Of a DNA stretch of 64,000 nt, positions 25,101-38,421 are shown in pieces (position 1 is the stretch's first letter; the number at the start of each line of letters is the position of its first letter). The notes beneath the pieces are model-generated. The model searched no databases and was not told the DNA's origin. It saw only the letters and a program-made list of their open reading frames with translations. The stretch is from Gordius albopunctatus (Eukaryota): the NCBI GenBank assembly GCA_964276515.1, contig OZ193909.1:9672001-9736000 (forward strand), written 5' to 3'. A program made the translations under genes and the position numbers.

Positions 25101-28100
25101 GTTTTTGAGAAACAAACTCTATTTGATCGTGATTTAAAGTTAAAAACTTTTGAGGACTGATCAAAAATTTTTTTCACTAATTGACCTCTGATATCAAAAA
25201 CTTTCATGACGGCTATATTGTTGAACAAAAAAATTGAAAAATTTTTGAAGTCGAAAAAAAATATTTATTTTCCTATTCTTTCCAAAGGGGGATGAAAAAA
25301 TCTTTAAAATTTAGAAACTAAACTTTTCGTGTTGCGTTTAGATTGTTTCAAAATCGCTTTCTAAGCGTGTCTCTAGTTTTTGAGAAACAAACTCTATTTG
25401 ATCGTGATTTAAAGTTAAAAACTTTTGAGGACTGATCAAAAATTTTTTTCACTAATTGACCTCTGATATCAAAAACTTTCATGACGGCTATATTGTTGAA
25501 CAAAAAAATTGAAAAATTTTTGAAGTCGAAAAAAATATTTATTTTCCTATTCTTTCGAAAGGGGGATGAAAAAATCTTTAAAAGTTAGAAACTAAACTTT
25601 TCGTGTTGCGTTTAGATTGTTTCAAAATCGCTTTCTAAGCGTGTCTCTAGTTTTTGTGAAACAAACTCTATTTGATCGTGATATAAAGTTAATAATTTTT
25701 GAGGACTGATCAAAAAATTTTTCACTAATTGACCTCTGATATCAAAAACTTTCATGACGCCTATATTGTTGAACAAAAAAATTGAAAAATTTTTGAAGTC
25801 GAAAAAAATATTTATTTTCATATTCTATCAAAAGGGGGCTGAAAGAATCTTTAAAAGTTAGTAAATATTCTTAGCATCATGTCCTTGTTAGAATCCGTAT
25901 GATAATTTTTGCACGGGGTGAGGTTTTAGATTGAGAGAAACTAAACTTTTCGTGTTGCGTTTAGATTGTTTCAAAATCGCTTTCTAAGCGTGTCTCTAGT
26001 TTTTGAGAAACAAACTCTATTTGATCGTGATTTAAAGTTAAAAACTTTTGAGGACTGATCAAAAATTTTTTTCACTAATTGACCTCTGATATCAAAAACT
26101 TTCATGACGGCTATATTGTTGAACAAAAAAATTGAAAAATTTTTGAAGTCGAAAAAAATATTTATTTTCCTATTCTTTCGAAAGGGGGATGAAAAAATCT
26201 TTAAAAGTTAGAAACTAAACTTTTCGTGTTGCGTTTAGATTGTTTCAAAATCGCTTTCTAAGCGTGTCTCTAATTTTTGTGAAACAAACTCTATTTGATC
26301 GTGATATAAAGTTAATAATTTTTGAGGACTGATCAAAAAATTTTTCACTAATTGACCTCTGATATCAAAAACTTTCATGACGCCTATATTGTTGAACAAA
26401 AAAATTGAAAAATTTTTGAAGTCGAAAAAAATATTTATTTTCATATTCTATCAAAAGGGGGCTGAAAGAATCTTTAAAAGTTAGTAAATATTCTTAGCAT
26501 CATGTCCTTGTTAGAATCCGTATGATAATTTTTGCACGGGGTGAGGTTTTAGATTGAGAGAAACTAAACTTTTCGTGTTGCGTTTAGATTGTTTCAAAAT
26601 CGCTTTCTAAGCGTGTCTCTAGTTTTTGAGAAACAAACTCTATTTGATCGTGATTTAAAGTTAAAAATTTTTGAGGACTGATCAAAAATTTTTTTCACTA
26701 ATTGACCTCTGATATCAAAAACTTTCATGACGGCTATATTGTTGAACAAAAAAATTGAAAAATTTTTGAAGTCGAAAAAAATATTTATTTTCATATTCTA
26801 TCAAAAGGGGGCTGAAAGAATCTTTAAAAGTTAGTAAATATTCTTAGCATCATGTCCTTGTTAGAATCCGTATGATAATTTTTGCACGGGGTGAGGTTTT
26901 AGATTGAGAGAAACTAAACTTTTCGTGTTGCGTTTAGATTGTTTCAAAATCGCTTTCTAAGCGTGTCTCTAGTTTTTGAGAAACAAACTCTATTTGATCG
27001 TGATTTAAAGTTAATAATTTTTGAGGACGATCAAAAATTTTTCACTAATTGACCTCTGATATCAAATCTTTCATGACGGCTATATTGTTGAACAAAAAAA
27101 TTGAAAAAATTTTGATGTCGAAAAAAATATTTATTTTCATATTCTATCAAAAGGGGGCTGAAAGAATCTTTAAAAGTTAGTAAATATTCTTAGCATCATG
27201 TCCTTGTTAGAATCCGTATGATAATTTTTGCATGGGGTGAGGTTTTAGATTGAAAGAAACTAAACTTTTCGTGTTGCGTTTAGATTGTTTCAAAATCGCT
27301 TTCTAAGCGTGTCTCTAGTTTTTGTGAATCAAACTCTATTTGATCGTGATTTAAAGTTAATAATTTTTGAGGACTGATCAAAAAATTTTTCACTAATTGA
27401 CCTCTGATATCAAAAACTTTCATGACGGCTATATTGTTGAACAAAAAAATTGAAAAATTTTTGAAGTCGAAAAAAATATTTATTTTCATATTCTATCAAA
27501 AGGGGGCTGAAAGAATCTTTAAAAGTTAGTAAATATTCTTAGCATCATGTCCTTGTTAGAATCCGTATGATAATTTTTGCATGGGGTGAGGTTTTAGATT
27601 GAGAGAAACTAAACTTTTCGTGTTGCGTTTAGATTGTTTCAAAATCGCTTTCTAAGCGTGTCTCTAGTTTTTGAGAAACAAACTCTATTTGATCGTGATT
27701 TAAAGTTAATAATTTTTGAGGACGATCAAAAATTTTTCACTAATTGACCTCTGATATCAAATCTTTCATGACGGCTATATTTTTGAACAAAAAAATTGAA
27801 AAAATTTTGATGTCGAAAAAAATATTTATTTTCATATTCTATCGAAAGAGTGCTGAAAGAATCTTTAAAATTTAGAAACTAAACTTTTCGTGTTGCGTTT
27901 AGATTGTTTCAAAATAGCTTTCTAAGCGTGTCTCTAGTTTTTGCGAAACAAACTCTATGTGATCGTGATTTAAAGTTAATAATTTTTGAGGACTGATCAA
28001 AAAAATTTTTCACTAATTGACCTCTGATATCAAAAACTTTCATGACGGCTATATTGTTGAACAAAAAAATTTCAAAAAATTTTGATGTCGAAAAAAATAT

Positions 28101-31100
28101 TTATTTTCCTATTCTTTCGAAAGGGGGATGAAAGAATCTTTAAAAGTTAGTAAATATTCTTAGCATCATGTCCTTGTTAGAATCCGTATGATAATTTTTG
28201 AACGGAGTGAGGTTTTAGATTGAGAGAAACTAAACTTTTCGTGTTGCGTTTAGATTGTTTCAAAATCGCTTTCTAAGCGTGTCTCTAGTTTTTGAGAAAC
28301 AAACTCTATTTGATCGTGATTTAAAGTTAAAAACTTTTGAGGACTGATCAAAAATTTTTTTCACTAATTGACCTCTGATATCAAAAACTTTCATGACGGC
28401 TATATTGTTGAACAAAAAAATTGAAAAATTTTTGAAGTCGAAAAAAATATTTATTTTCCTATTCTTTCGAAAGGGGGATGAAAAAATCTTTAAAAGTTAG
28501 AAACTAAACTTTTCGTGTTGCGTTTAGATTGTTTCAAAATCGCTTTCTAAGCGTGTCTCTAATTTTTGTGAAACAAACTCTATTTGATCGTGATATAAAG
28601 TTAATAATTTTTGAGGACTGATCAAAAAATTTTTCACTAATTGACCTCTGATATCAAAAACTTTCATGACGCCTATATTGTTGAACAAAAAAATTGAAAA
28701 ATTTTTGAAGTCGAAAAAAATATTTATTTTCATATTCTATCAAAAGGGGGCTGAAAGAATCTTTAAAAGTTAGTAAATATTCTTAGCATCATGTCCTTGT
28801 TAGAATCCGTATGATAATTTTTGCACGGGGTGAGGTTTTAGATTGAGAGAAACTAAACTTTTCGTGTTGCGTTTAGATTGTTTCAAAATCGCTTTCTAAG
28901 CGTGTCTCTAGTTTTTGAGAAACAAACTCTATTTGATCGTGATTTAAAGTTAAAAATTTTTGAGGACTGATCAAAAATTTTTTTCACTAATTGACCTCTG
29001 ATATCAAAAACTTTCATGACGGCTATATTGTTGAACAAAAAAATTGAAAAATTTTTGAAGTCGAAAAAAATATTTATTTTCATATTCTATCAAAAGGGGG
29101 CTGAAAGAATCTTTAAAAGTTAGTAAATATTCTTAGCATCATGTCCTTGTTAGAATCCGTATGATAATTTTTGCACGGGGTGAGGTTTTAGATTGAGAGA
29201 AACTAAACTTTTCGTGTTGCGTTTAGATTGTTTCAAAATCGCTTTCTAAGCGTGTCTCTAGTTTTTGAGAAACAAACTCTATTTGATCGTGATTTAAAGT
29301 TAATAATTTTTGAGGACGATCAAAAATTTTTCACTAATTGACCTCTGATATCAAATCTTTCATGACGGCTATATTGTTGAACAAAAAAATTGAAAAAATT
29401 TTGATGTCGAAAAAAATATTTATTTTCATATTCTATCAAAAGGGGGCTGAAAGAATCTTTAAAAGTTAGTAAATATTCTTAGCATCATGTCCTTGTTAGA
29501 ATCCGTATGATAATTTTTGCATGGGGTGAGGTTTTAGATTGAAAGAAACTAAACTTTTCGTGTTGCGTTTAGATTGTTTCAAAATCGCTTTCTAAGCGTG
29601 TCTCTAGTTTTTGTGAATCAAACTCTATTTGATCGTGATTTAAAGTTAATAATTTTTGAGGACTGATCAAAAAATTTTTCACTAATTGACCTCTGATATC
29701 AAAAACTTTCATGACGGCTATATTGTTGAACAAAAAAATTGAAAAATTTTTGAAGTCGAAAAAAATATTTATTTTCATATTCTATCAAAAGGGGGCTGAA
29801 AGAATCTTTAAAAGTTAGTAAATATTCTTAGCATCATGTCCTTGTTAGAATCCGTATGATAATTTTTGCATGGGGTGAGGTTTTAGATTGAGAGAAACTA
29901 AACTTTTCGTGTTGCGTTTAGATTGTTTCAAAATCGCTTTCTAAGCGTGTCTCTAGTTTTTGAGAAACAAACTCTATTTGATCGTGATTTAAAGTTAATA
30001 ATTTTTGAGGACGATCAAAAATTTTTCACTAATTGACCTCTGATATCAAATCTTTCATGACGGCTATATTTTTGAACAAAAAAATTGAAAAAATTTTGAT
30101 GTCGAAAAAAATATTTATTTTCATATTCTATCGAAAGAGTGCTGAAAGAATCTTTAAAATTTAGAAACTAAACTTTTCGTGTTGCGTTTAGATTGTTTCA
30201 AAATAGCTTTCTAAGCGTGTCTCTAGTTTTTGCGAAACAAACTCTATGTGATCGTGATTTAAAGTTAATAATTTTTGAGGACTGATCAAAAAAATTTTTC
30301 ACTAATTGACCTCTGATATCAAAAACTTTCATGACGGCTATATTGTTGAACAAAAAAATTTCAAAAAATTTTGATGTCGAAAAAAATATTTATTTTCCTA
30401 TTCTTTCGAAAGGGGGATGAAAGAATCTTTAAAAGTTAGTAAATATTCTTAGCATCATGTCCTTGTTAGAATCCGTATGATAATTTTTGAACGGAGTGAG
30501 GTTTTAGATTGAGAGAAACTAAACTTTTCGTGTTGCGTTTAGATTGTTTCAAAATCGCTTTCTAAGCGTGTCTCTAGTTTTTGAGAAACAAACTCTATTT
30601 GATCGTGATTTAAAGTTAAAAACTTTTGAGGACTGATCAAAAATTTTTTTCACTAATTGACCTCTGATATCATAAACTTTCATGACGGCTATATTTTTGA
30701 ACAAAAAAATTGAAAAAATTTTGATGTCGAAAAAAATATTTATTTTCATATTCTATCGAAAGGGTGCTGAAAGAATCTTTAAAATTTAGAAACTAAACTT
30801 TTCGTGTTGCGTTTAGATTGTTTCAAAATAGCTTTCTAAGCGTGTCTCTAGTTTTTGCGAAACAAACTCTATGTGATCGTGATTTAAAGTTAATAATTTT
30901 TGAGGACGATCAAAAATTTTTCACTAATTGACCTCTGATATCAAATCTTTCATGACGGCTATATTGTTGAACAAAAAAATTTCAAAAAATTTTGATGTCG
31001 AAAAAAATATTTATTTTCCTATTCTTTCGAAAGGGGGATGAAAGAATCTTTAAAAGTTAGTAAATATTCTTAGCATCATGTCCTTGTTAGAATCCGTATG

Positions 31101-34100
31101 ATAATTTTTGAACGGAGTGAGGTTTTAGATTGAGAGAAACTAAACTTTTCGTGTTGCGTTTAGATTGTTTCAAAATCGCTTTCTAAGCGTGTCTCTAGTT
31201 TTTGAGAAACAAACTCTATTTGATCGTGATTTAAAGTTAAAAACTTTTGAGGACTGATCAAAAATTTTTTTCACTAATTGACCTCTGATATCAAAAACTT
31301 TCATGACGGCTATATTGTTGAACAAAAAAATTGAAAAAAATTTTGATGTCGAAAAAAATATTTATTTTCCTATTCTTTCGAAAGGGGGATGAAAAAATCT
31401 TTAAAATTTAGAAACTAAACTTTTCGGGTTGCGTTTAGATTGTTTCAAAATCGCTTTCTAAGCGTGTCTCTAGTTTTTGTGAAACAAACTCTATTTGATC
31501 GTGATTTAAAGTTAATAATTTTTGAGGACTGATCAAAAAATTTTTCACTAATTGACCTCTGATATCAAAAACTTTCATGACGGCTATATTGTTGAACAAA
31601 AAAATTGAAAAATTTTTGAAGTCGAAAAAAATATTTATTTTCATATTCTATCAAAAGGGGGCTGAAAGAATCTTTAAAAGTTAGTAAATATTCTTAGAAT
31701 CATGTCCTTGTTAGAATCCGTATGATAATTTTTGAACGGAGTGAGGTTTTAGATTGAGAGAAACTAAACTTTTCGTGTTGCGTTTAGATTGTTTCAAAAT
31801 CGCTTTCTAAGCGTGTCTCTAGTTTTTGTGAAAGAAACTTTTTTTGATCGTGATTTAAAGTTAATAATTTTTGAGGACTGATCAAAAATTTTTTCACTAA
31901 TTGACCTCTGATATCAAAAACTTTCATGACGGCTATATTGTTGAACAAAAAAATTGAAAAAAATTTTGATGTCGAAAAAAATATTTATTTTCCTATTCTT
32001 TCGAAAGGGTGATGAAAAAATCTTTAAAATTTAGAAACTAAACTTTTCGTGTTGCGTTTAGATTGTTTCAAAATCGCTTTCTAAGCGTGTCTCTAGTTTT
32101 TGTGAAACAAACTCTATTTGATCGTGATTTAAAGTTAATAATTTTTGAGGACGATCAAAAATTTTTCACTAATTGACCTCTGATATCAAATCTTTCATGA
32201 CGGCTATATTGTTGAACAAAAAAATTTCAAAAAATTTTGATGTCGAAAAAAATATTTATTTTCCTATTCTTTCGAAAGGGGGATGAAAAAATCTTTAAAA
32301 TTTAGAAACTAAACTTTTCGGGTTGCGTTTAGATTGTTTCAAAATCGCTTTCTAAGCGTGTCTCTAGTTTTTGTGAAACAAACTCTATTTGATCGTGATT
32401 TAAAGTTAATAATTTTTGAGGACTGATCAAAAAATTTTTCACTAATTGACCTCTGATATCAAAAACTTTCATGACGGCTATATTGTTGAACAAAAAAATT
32501 GAAAAATTTTTGAAGTCGAAAAAAATATTTATTTTCATATTCTATCAAAAGGGGGCTGAAAGAATCTTTAAAAGTTAGTAAATATTCTTAGAATCATGTC
32601 CTTGTTAGAATCCGTATGATAATTTTTGAACGGAGTGAGGTTTTAGATTGAGAGAAACTAAACTTTTCGTGTTGCGTTTAGATTGTTTCAAAATCGCTTT
32701 CTAAGCGTGTCTCTAGTTTTTGTGAAAGAAACTTTTTTTGATCGTGATTTAAAGTTAATAATTTTTGAGGACTGATCAAAAATTTTTTCACTAATTGACC
32801 TCTGATATCAAAAACTTTCATGACGGCTATATTGTTGAACAAAAAAATTGAAAAAAATTTTGATGTCGAAAAAAATATTTATTTTCCTATTCTTTCGAAA
32901 GGGGGATGAAAAAATCTTTAAAATTTAGAAACTAAACTTTTCGTGTTGCGTTTAGATTGTTTCAAAATCGCTTTCTAAGAGTGTCTCTAGTTTTTGAGAA
33001 ACAAACTCTATTTGATCGTGATTTAAAGTTAAAAACTTTTGAGGACTGATCAAAAATTTTTTTCACTAATTGACCTCTGATATCAAAAACTTTCATGACG
33101 GCTATATTGTTGAACAAAAAAATTGAAAAATTTTTGAAGTCGAAAAAAAATATTTATTTTCCTATTCTTTCCAAAGGGGGATGAAAAAATCTTTAAAATT
33201 TAGAAACTAAACTTTTCGTGTTGCGTTTAGATTGTTTCAAAATCGCTTTCTAAGCGTGTCTCTAGTTTTTGAGAAACAAACTCTATTTGATCGTGATTTA
33301 AAGTTAAAAACTTTTGAGGACTGATCAAAAATTTTTTTCACTAATTGACCTCTGATATCAAAAACTTTCATGACGGCTATATTGTTGAACAAAAAAATTG
33401 AAAAATTTTTGAAGTCGAAAAAAATATTTATTTTCCTATTCTTTCGAAAGGGGGATGAAAAAATCTTTAAAAGTTAGAAACTAAACTTTTCGTGTTGCGT
33501 TTAGATTGTTTCAAAATCGCTTTCTAAGCGTGTCTCTAGTTTTTGTGAAACAAACTCTATTTGATCGTGATATAAAGTTAATAATTTTTGAGGACTGATC
33601 AAAAAATTTTTCACTAATTGACCTCTGATATCAAAAACTTTCATGACGCCTATATTGTTGAACAAAAAAATTGAAAAATTTTTGAAGTCGAAAAAAATAT
33701 TTATTTTCATATTCTATCAAAAGGGGGCTGAAAGAATCTTTAAAAGTTAGTAAATATTCTTAGCATCATGTCCTTGTTAGAATCCGTATGATAATTTTTG
33801 CACGGGGTGAGGTTTTAGATTGAGAGAAACTAAACTTTTCGTGTTGCGTTTAGATTGTTTCAAAATCGCTTTCTAAGCGTGTCTCTAGTTTTTGAGAAAC
33901 AAACTCTATTTGATCGTGATTTAAAGTTAAAAACTTTTGAGGACTGATCAAAAATTTTTTTCACTAATTGACCTCTGATATCAAAAACTTTCATGACGGC
34001 TATATTGTTGAACAAAAAAATTGAAAAATTTTTGAAGTCGAAAAAAATATTTATTTTCCTATTCTTTCGAAAGGGGGATGAAAAAATCTTTAAAAGTTAG

Positions 34101-36930
34101 AAACTAAACTTTTCGTGTTGCGTTTAGATTGTTTCAAAATCGCTTTCTAAGCGTGTCTCTAATTTTTGTGAAACAAACTCTATTTGATCGTGATATAAAG
34201 TTAATAATTTTTGAGGACTGATCAAAAAATTTTTCACTAATTGACCTCTGATATCAAAAACTTTCATGACGCCTATATTGTTGAACAAAAAAATTGAAAA
34301 ATTTTTGAAGTCGAAAAAAATATTTATTTTCATATTCTATCAAAAGGGGGCTGAAAGAATCTTTAAAAGTTAGTAAATATTCTTAGCATCATGTCCTTGT
34401 TAGAATCCGTATGATAATTTTTGCACGGGGTGAGGTTTTAGATTGAGAGAAACTAAACTTTTCGTGTTGCGTTTAGATTGTTTCAAAATCGCTTTCTAAG
34501 CGTGTCTCTAGTTTTTGAGAAACAAACTCTATTTGATCGTGATTTAAAGTTAAAAATTTTTGAGGACTGATCAAAAATTTTTTTCACTAATTGACCTCTG
34601 ATATCAAAAACTTTCATGACGGCTATATTGTTGAACAAAAAAATTGAAAAATTTTTGAAGTCGAAAAAAATATTTATTTTCATATTCTATCAAAAGGGGG
34701 CTGAAAGAATCTTTAAAAGTTAGTAAATATTCTTAGCATCATGTCCTTGTTAGAATCCGTATGATAATTTTTGCACGGGGTGAGGTTTTAGATTGAGAGA
34801 AACTAAACTTTTCGTGTTGCGTTTAGATTGTTTCAAAATCGCTTTCTAAGCGTGTCTCTAGTTTTTGAGAAACAAACTCTATTTGATCGTGATTTAAAGT
34901 TAATAATTTTTGAGGACGATCAAAAATTTTTCACTAATTGACCTCTGATATCAAATCTTTCATGACGGCTATATTGTTGAACAAAAAAATTGAAAAAATT
35001 TTGATGTCGAAAAAAATATTTATTTTCATATTCTATCAAAAGGGGGCTGAAAGAATCTTTAAAAGTTAGTAAATATTCTTAGCATCATGTCCTTGTTAGA
35101 ATCCGTATGATAATTTTTGCATGGGGTGAGGTTTTAGATTGAAAGAAACTAAACTTTTCGTGTTGCGTTTAGATTGTTTCAAAATCGCTTTCTAAGCGTG
35201 TCTCTAGTTTTTGTGAATCAAACTCTATTTGATCGTGATTTAAAGTTAATAATTTTTGAGGACTGATCAAAAAATTTTTCACTAATTGACCTCTGATATC
35301 AAAAACTTTCATGACGGCTATATTGTTGAACAAAAAAATTGAAAAATTTTTGAAGTCGAAAAAAATATTTATTTTCATATTCTATCAAAAGGGGGCTGAA
35401 AGAATCTTTAAAAGTTAGTAAATATTCTTAGCATCATGTCCTTGTTAGAATCCGTATGATAATTTTTGCATGGGGTGAGGTTTTAGATTGAGAGAAACTA
35501 AACTTTTCGTGTTGCGTTTAGATTGTTTCAAAATCGCTTTCTAAGCGTGTCTCTAGTTTTTGAGAAACAAACTCTATTTGATCGTGATTTAAAGTTAATA
35601 ATTTTTGAGGACGATCAAAAATTTTTCACTAATTGACCTCTGATATCAAATCTTTCATGACGGCTATATTTTTGAACAAAAAAATTGAAAAAATTTTGAT
35701 GTCGAAAAAAATATTTATTTTCATATTCTATCGAAAGAGTGCTGAAAGAATCTTTAAAATTTAGAAACTAAACTTTTCGTGTTGCGTTTAGATTGTTTCA
35801 AAATAGCTTTCTAAGCGTGTCTCTAGTTTTTGCGAAACAAACTCTATGTGATCGTGATTTAAAGTTAATAATTTTTGAGGACTGATCAAAAAAATTTTTC
35901 ACTAATTGACCTCTGATATCAAAAACTTTCATGACGGCTATATTGTTGAACAAAAAAATTTCAAAAAATTTTGATGTCGAAAAAAATATTTATTTTCCTA
36001 TTCTTTCGAAAGGGGGATGAAAGAATCTTTAAAAGTTAGTAAATATTCTTAGCATCATGTCCTTGTTAGAATCCGTATGATAATTTTTGAACGGAGTGAG
36101 GTTTTAGATTGAGAGAAACTAAACTTTTCGTGTTGCGTTTAGATTGTTTCAAAATCGCTTTCTAAGCGTGTCTCTAGTTTTTGAGAAACAAACTCTATTT
36201 GATCGTGATTTAAAGTTAAAAACTTTTGAGGACTGATCAAAAATTTTTTTCACTAATTGACCTCTGATATCATAAACTTTCATGACGGCTATATTTTTGA
36301 ACAAAAAAATTGAAAAAATTTTGATGTCGAAAAAAATATTTATTTTCATATTCTATCGAAAGGGTGCTGAAAGAATCTTTAAAATTTAGAAACTAAACTT
36401 TTCGTGTTGCGTTTAGATTGTTTCAAAATAGCTTTCTAAGCGTGTCTCTAGTTTTTGCGAAACAAACTCTATGTGATCGTGATTTAAAGTTAATAATTTT
36501 TGAGGACGATCAAAAATTTTTCACTAATTGACCTCTGATATCAAATCTTTCATGACGGCTATATTGTTGAACAAAAAAATTTCAAAAAATTTTGATGTCG
36601 AAAAAAATATTTATTTTCCTATTCTTTCGAAAGGGGGATGAAAGAATCTTTAAAAGTTAGTAAATATTCTTAGCATCATGTCCTTGTTAGAATCCGTATG
36701 ATAATTTTTGAACGGAGTGAGGTTTTAGATTGAGAGAAACTAAACTTTTCGTGTTGCGTTTAGATTGTTTCAAAATCGCTTTCTAAGCGTGTCTCTAGTT
36801 TTTGAGAAACAAACTCTATTTGATCGTGATTTAAAGTTAAAAACTTTTGAGGACTGATCAAAAATTTTTTTCACTAATTGACCTCTGATATCAAAAACTT
36901 TCATGACGGCTATATTGTTGAACAAAAAAA
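18815..36930. repeat. 18-monomer HOR (9 L + 9 S, 5600 bp): copy A 18815-24414, copy B 24415-32303 (expanded to 7889 bp), partial copy C from 32304
   Basis: ORF offsets of 5600 (20012/25612, 20994/26594, 30549/36149) and 7889 (22660/30549, 24440/32329, 27280/35169). Diagnostic alleles TAAGAGTGTC, TTCCAAAGGG, GACGCCTAT and GAAAGAGTGC recur in register. Confidence 0.92.
25936..30513. repeat. Tandem duplication of 7 monomers (2289 bp) inside HOR copy B
   Basis: ORFs 26235/28524, 26594/28883 and 27280/29569 differ by 2289; 274+349+350+346+349+270+351=2289. Confidence 0.9.
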
Positions 36931-38351
36931 TTGAAAAATTTTTGAAGTCGAAAAAAATATTTATTTTCATATTCTATCAAAAGGGGGCTGAAAGAATCTT
37001 TAAAAGTTAGTAAATATTCTTAGCATCATGTCCTTGTTAGAATCCGTATGATAATTTTTGCATGGGGTGAGGTTTTAGATTGAGAGAAACTAAACTTTTC
37101 GTGTTGCGTTTAGATTGTTTCAAAATCGCTTTCTAAGCGTGTCTCTAGTTTTTGAGAAACAAACTCTATTTGATCGTGATTTAAAGTTAATAATTTTTGA
37201 GGACGATCAAAAATTTTTCACTAATTGACCTCTGATATCAAATCTTTCATGACGGCTATATTTTTGAACAAAAAAATTGAAAAAATTTTGATGTCGAAAA
37301 AAATATTTATTTTCCTATTCTTTCGAAAGGGTGATGAAAAAATCTTTAAAATTTAGAAACTAAACTTTTCGTGTTGCGTTTAGATTGTTTCAAAATCGCT
37401 TTCTAAGCGTGTCTCTAGTTTTTGTGAAACAAACTCTATTTGATCGTGATTTAAAGTTAATAATTTTTGAGGACGATCAAAAATTTTTCACTAATTGACC
37501 TCTGATATCAAATCTTTCATGACGGCTATATTGTTGAACAAAAAAATTTCAAAAAATTTTGATGTCGAAAAAAATATTTATTTTCCTATTCTTTCGAAAG
37601 GGGGATGAAAGAATCTTTAAAAGTTAGTAAATATTCTTAGCATCATGTCCTTGTTAGAATCCGTATGATAATTTTTGAACGGAGTGAGGTTTTAGATTGA
37701 GAGAAACTAAACTTTTCGTGTTGCGTTTAGATTGTTTCAAAATCGCTTTCTAAGCGTGTCTCTAGTTTTTGAGAAACAAACTCTATTTGATCGTGATTTA
37801 AAGTTAAAAACTTTTGAGGACTGATCAAAAATTTTTTTCACTAATTGACCTCTGATATCATAAACTTTCATGACGGCTATATTTTTGAACAAAAAAATTG
37901 AAAAAATTTTGATGTCGAAAAAAATATTTATTTTCATATTCTATCGAAAGGGTGCTGAAAGAATCTTTAAAATTTAGAAACTAAACTTTTCGTGTTGCGT
38001 TTAGATTGTTTCAAAATAGCTTTCTAAGCGTGTCTCTAGTTTTTGCGAAACAAACTCTATGTGATCGTGATTTAAAGTTAATAATTTTTGAGGACTGATC
38101 AAAAAAATTTTTCACTAATTGACCTCTGATATCAAAAACTTTCATGACGGCTATATTGTTGAACAAAAAAATTGAAAAATTTTTGAAGTCGAAAAAAATA
38201 TTTATTTTCATATTCTATCAAAAGGGGGCTGAAAGAATCTTTAAAAGTTAGTAAATATTCTTAGCATCATGTCCTTGTTAGAATCCGTATGATAATTTTT
38301 GCACGGGGTGAGGTTTTAGATTGAGAGAAACTAAACTTTTCGTGTTGCGTT

Positions 38352-38421
38352 TAGATTGTTTCAAAATCGCTTTCTAAGCGTGTCTCTAGATTGTTTCAAA
38401 ATCGCTTTCTAAGCGTGTCTC
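38352..38421. repeat. 35-bp intra-monomer tandem duplication (copy 1 of 5)
   Basis: (TAGATTGTTTCAAAATCGCTTTCTAAGCGTGTCTC)x2 followed by TAG. Confidence 0.95.
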
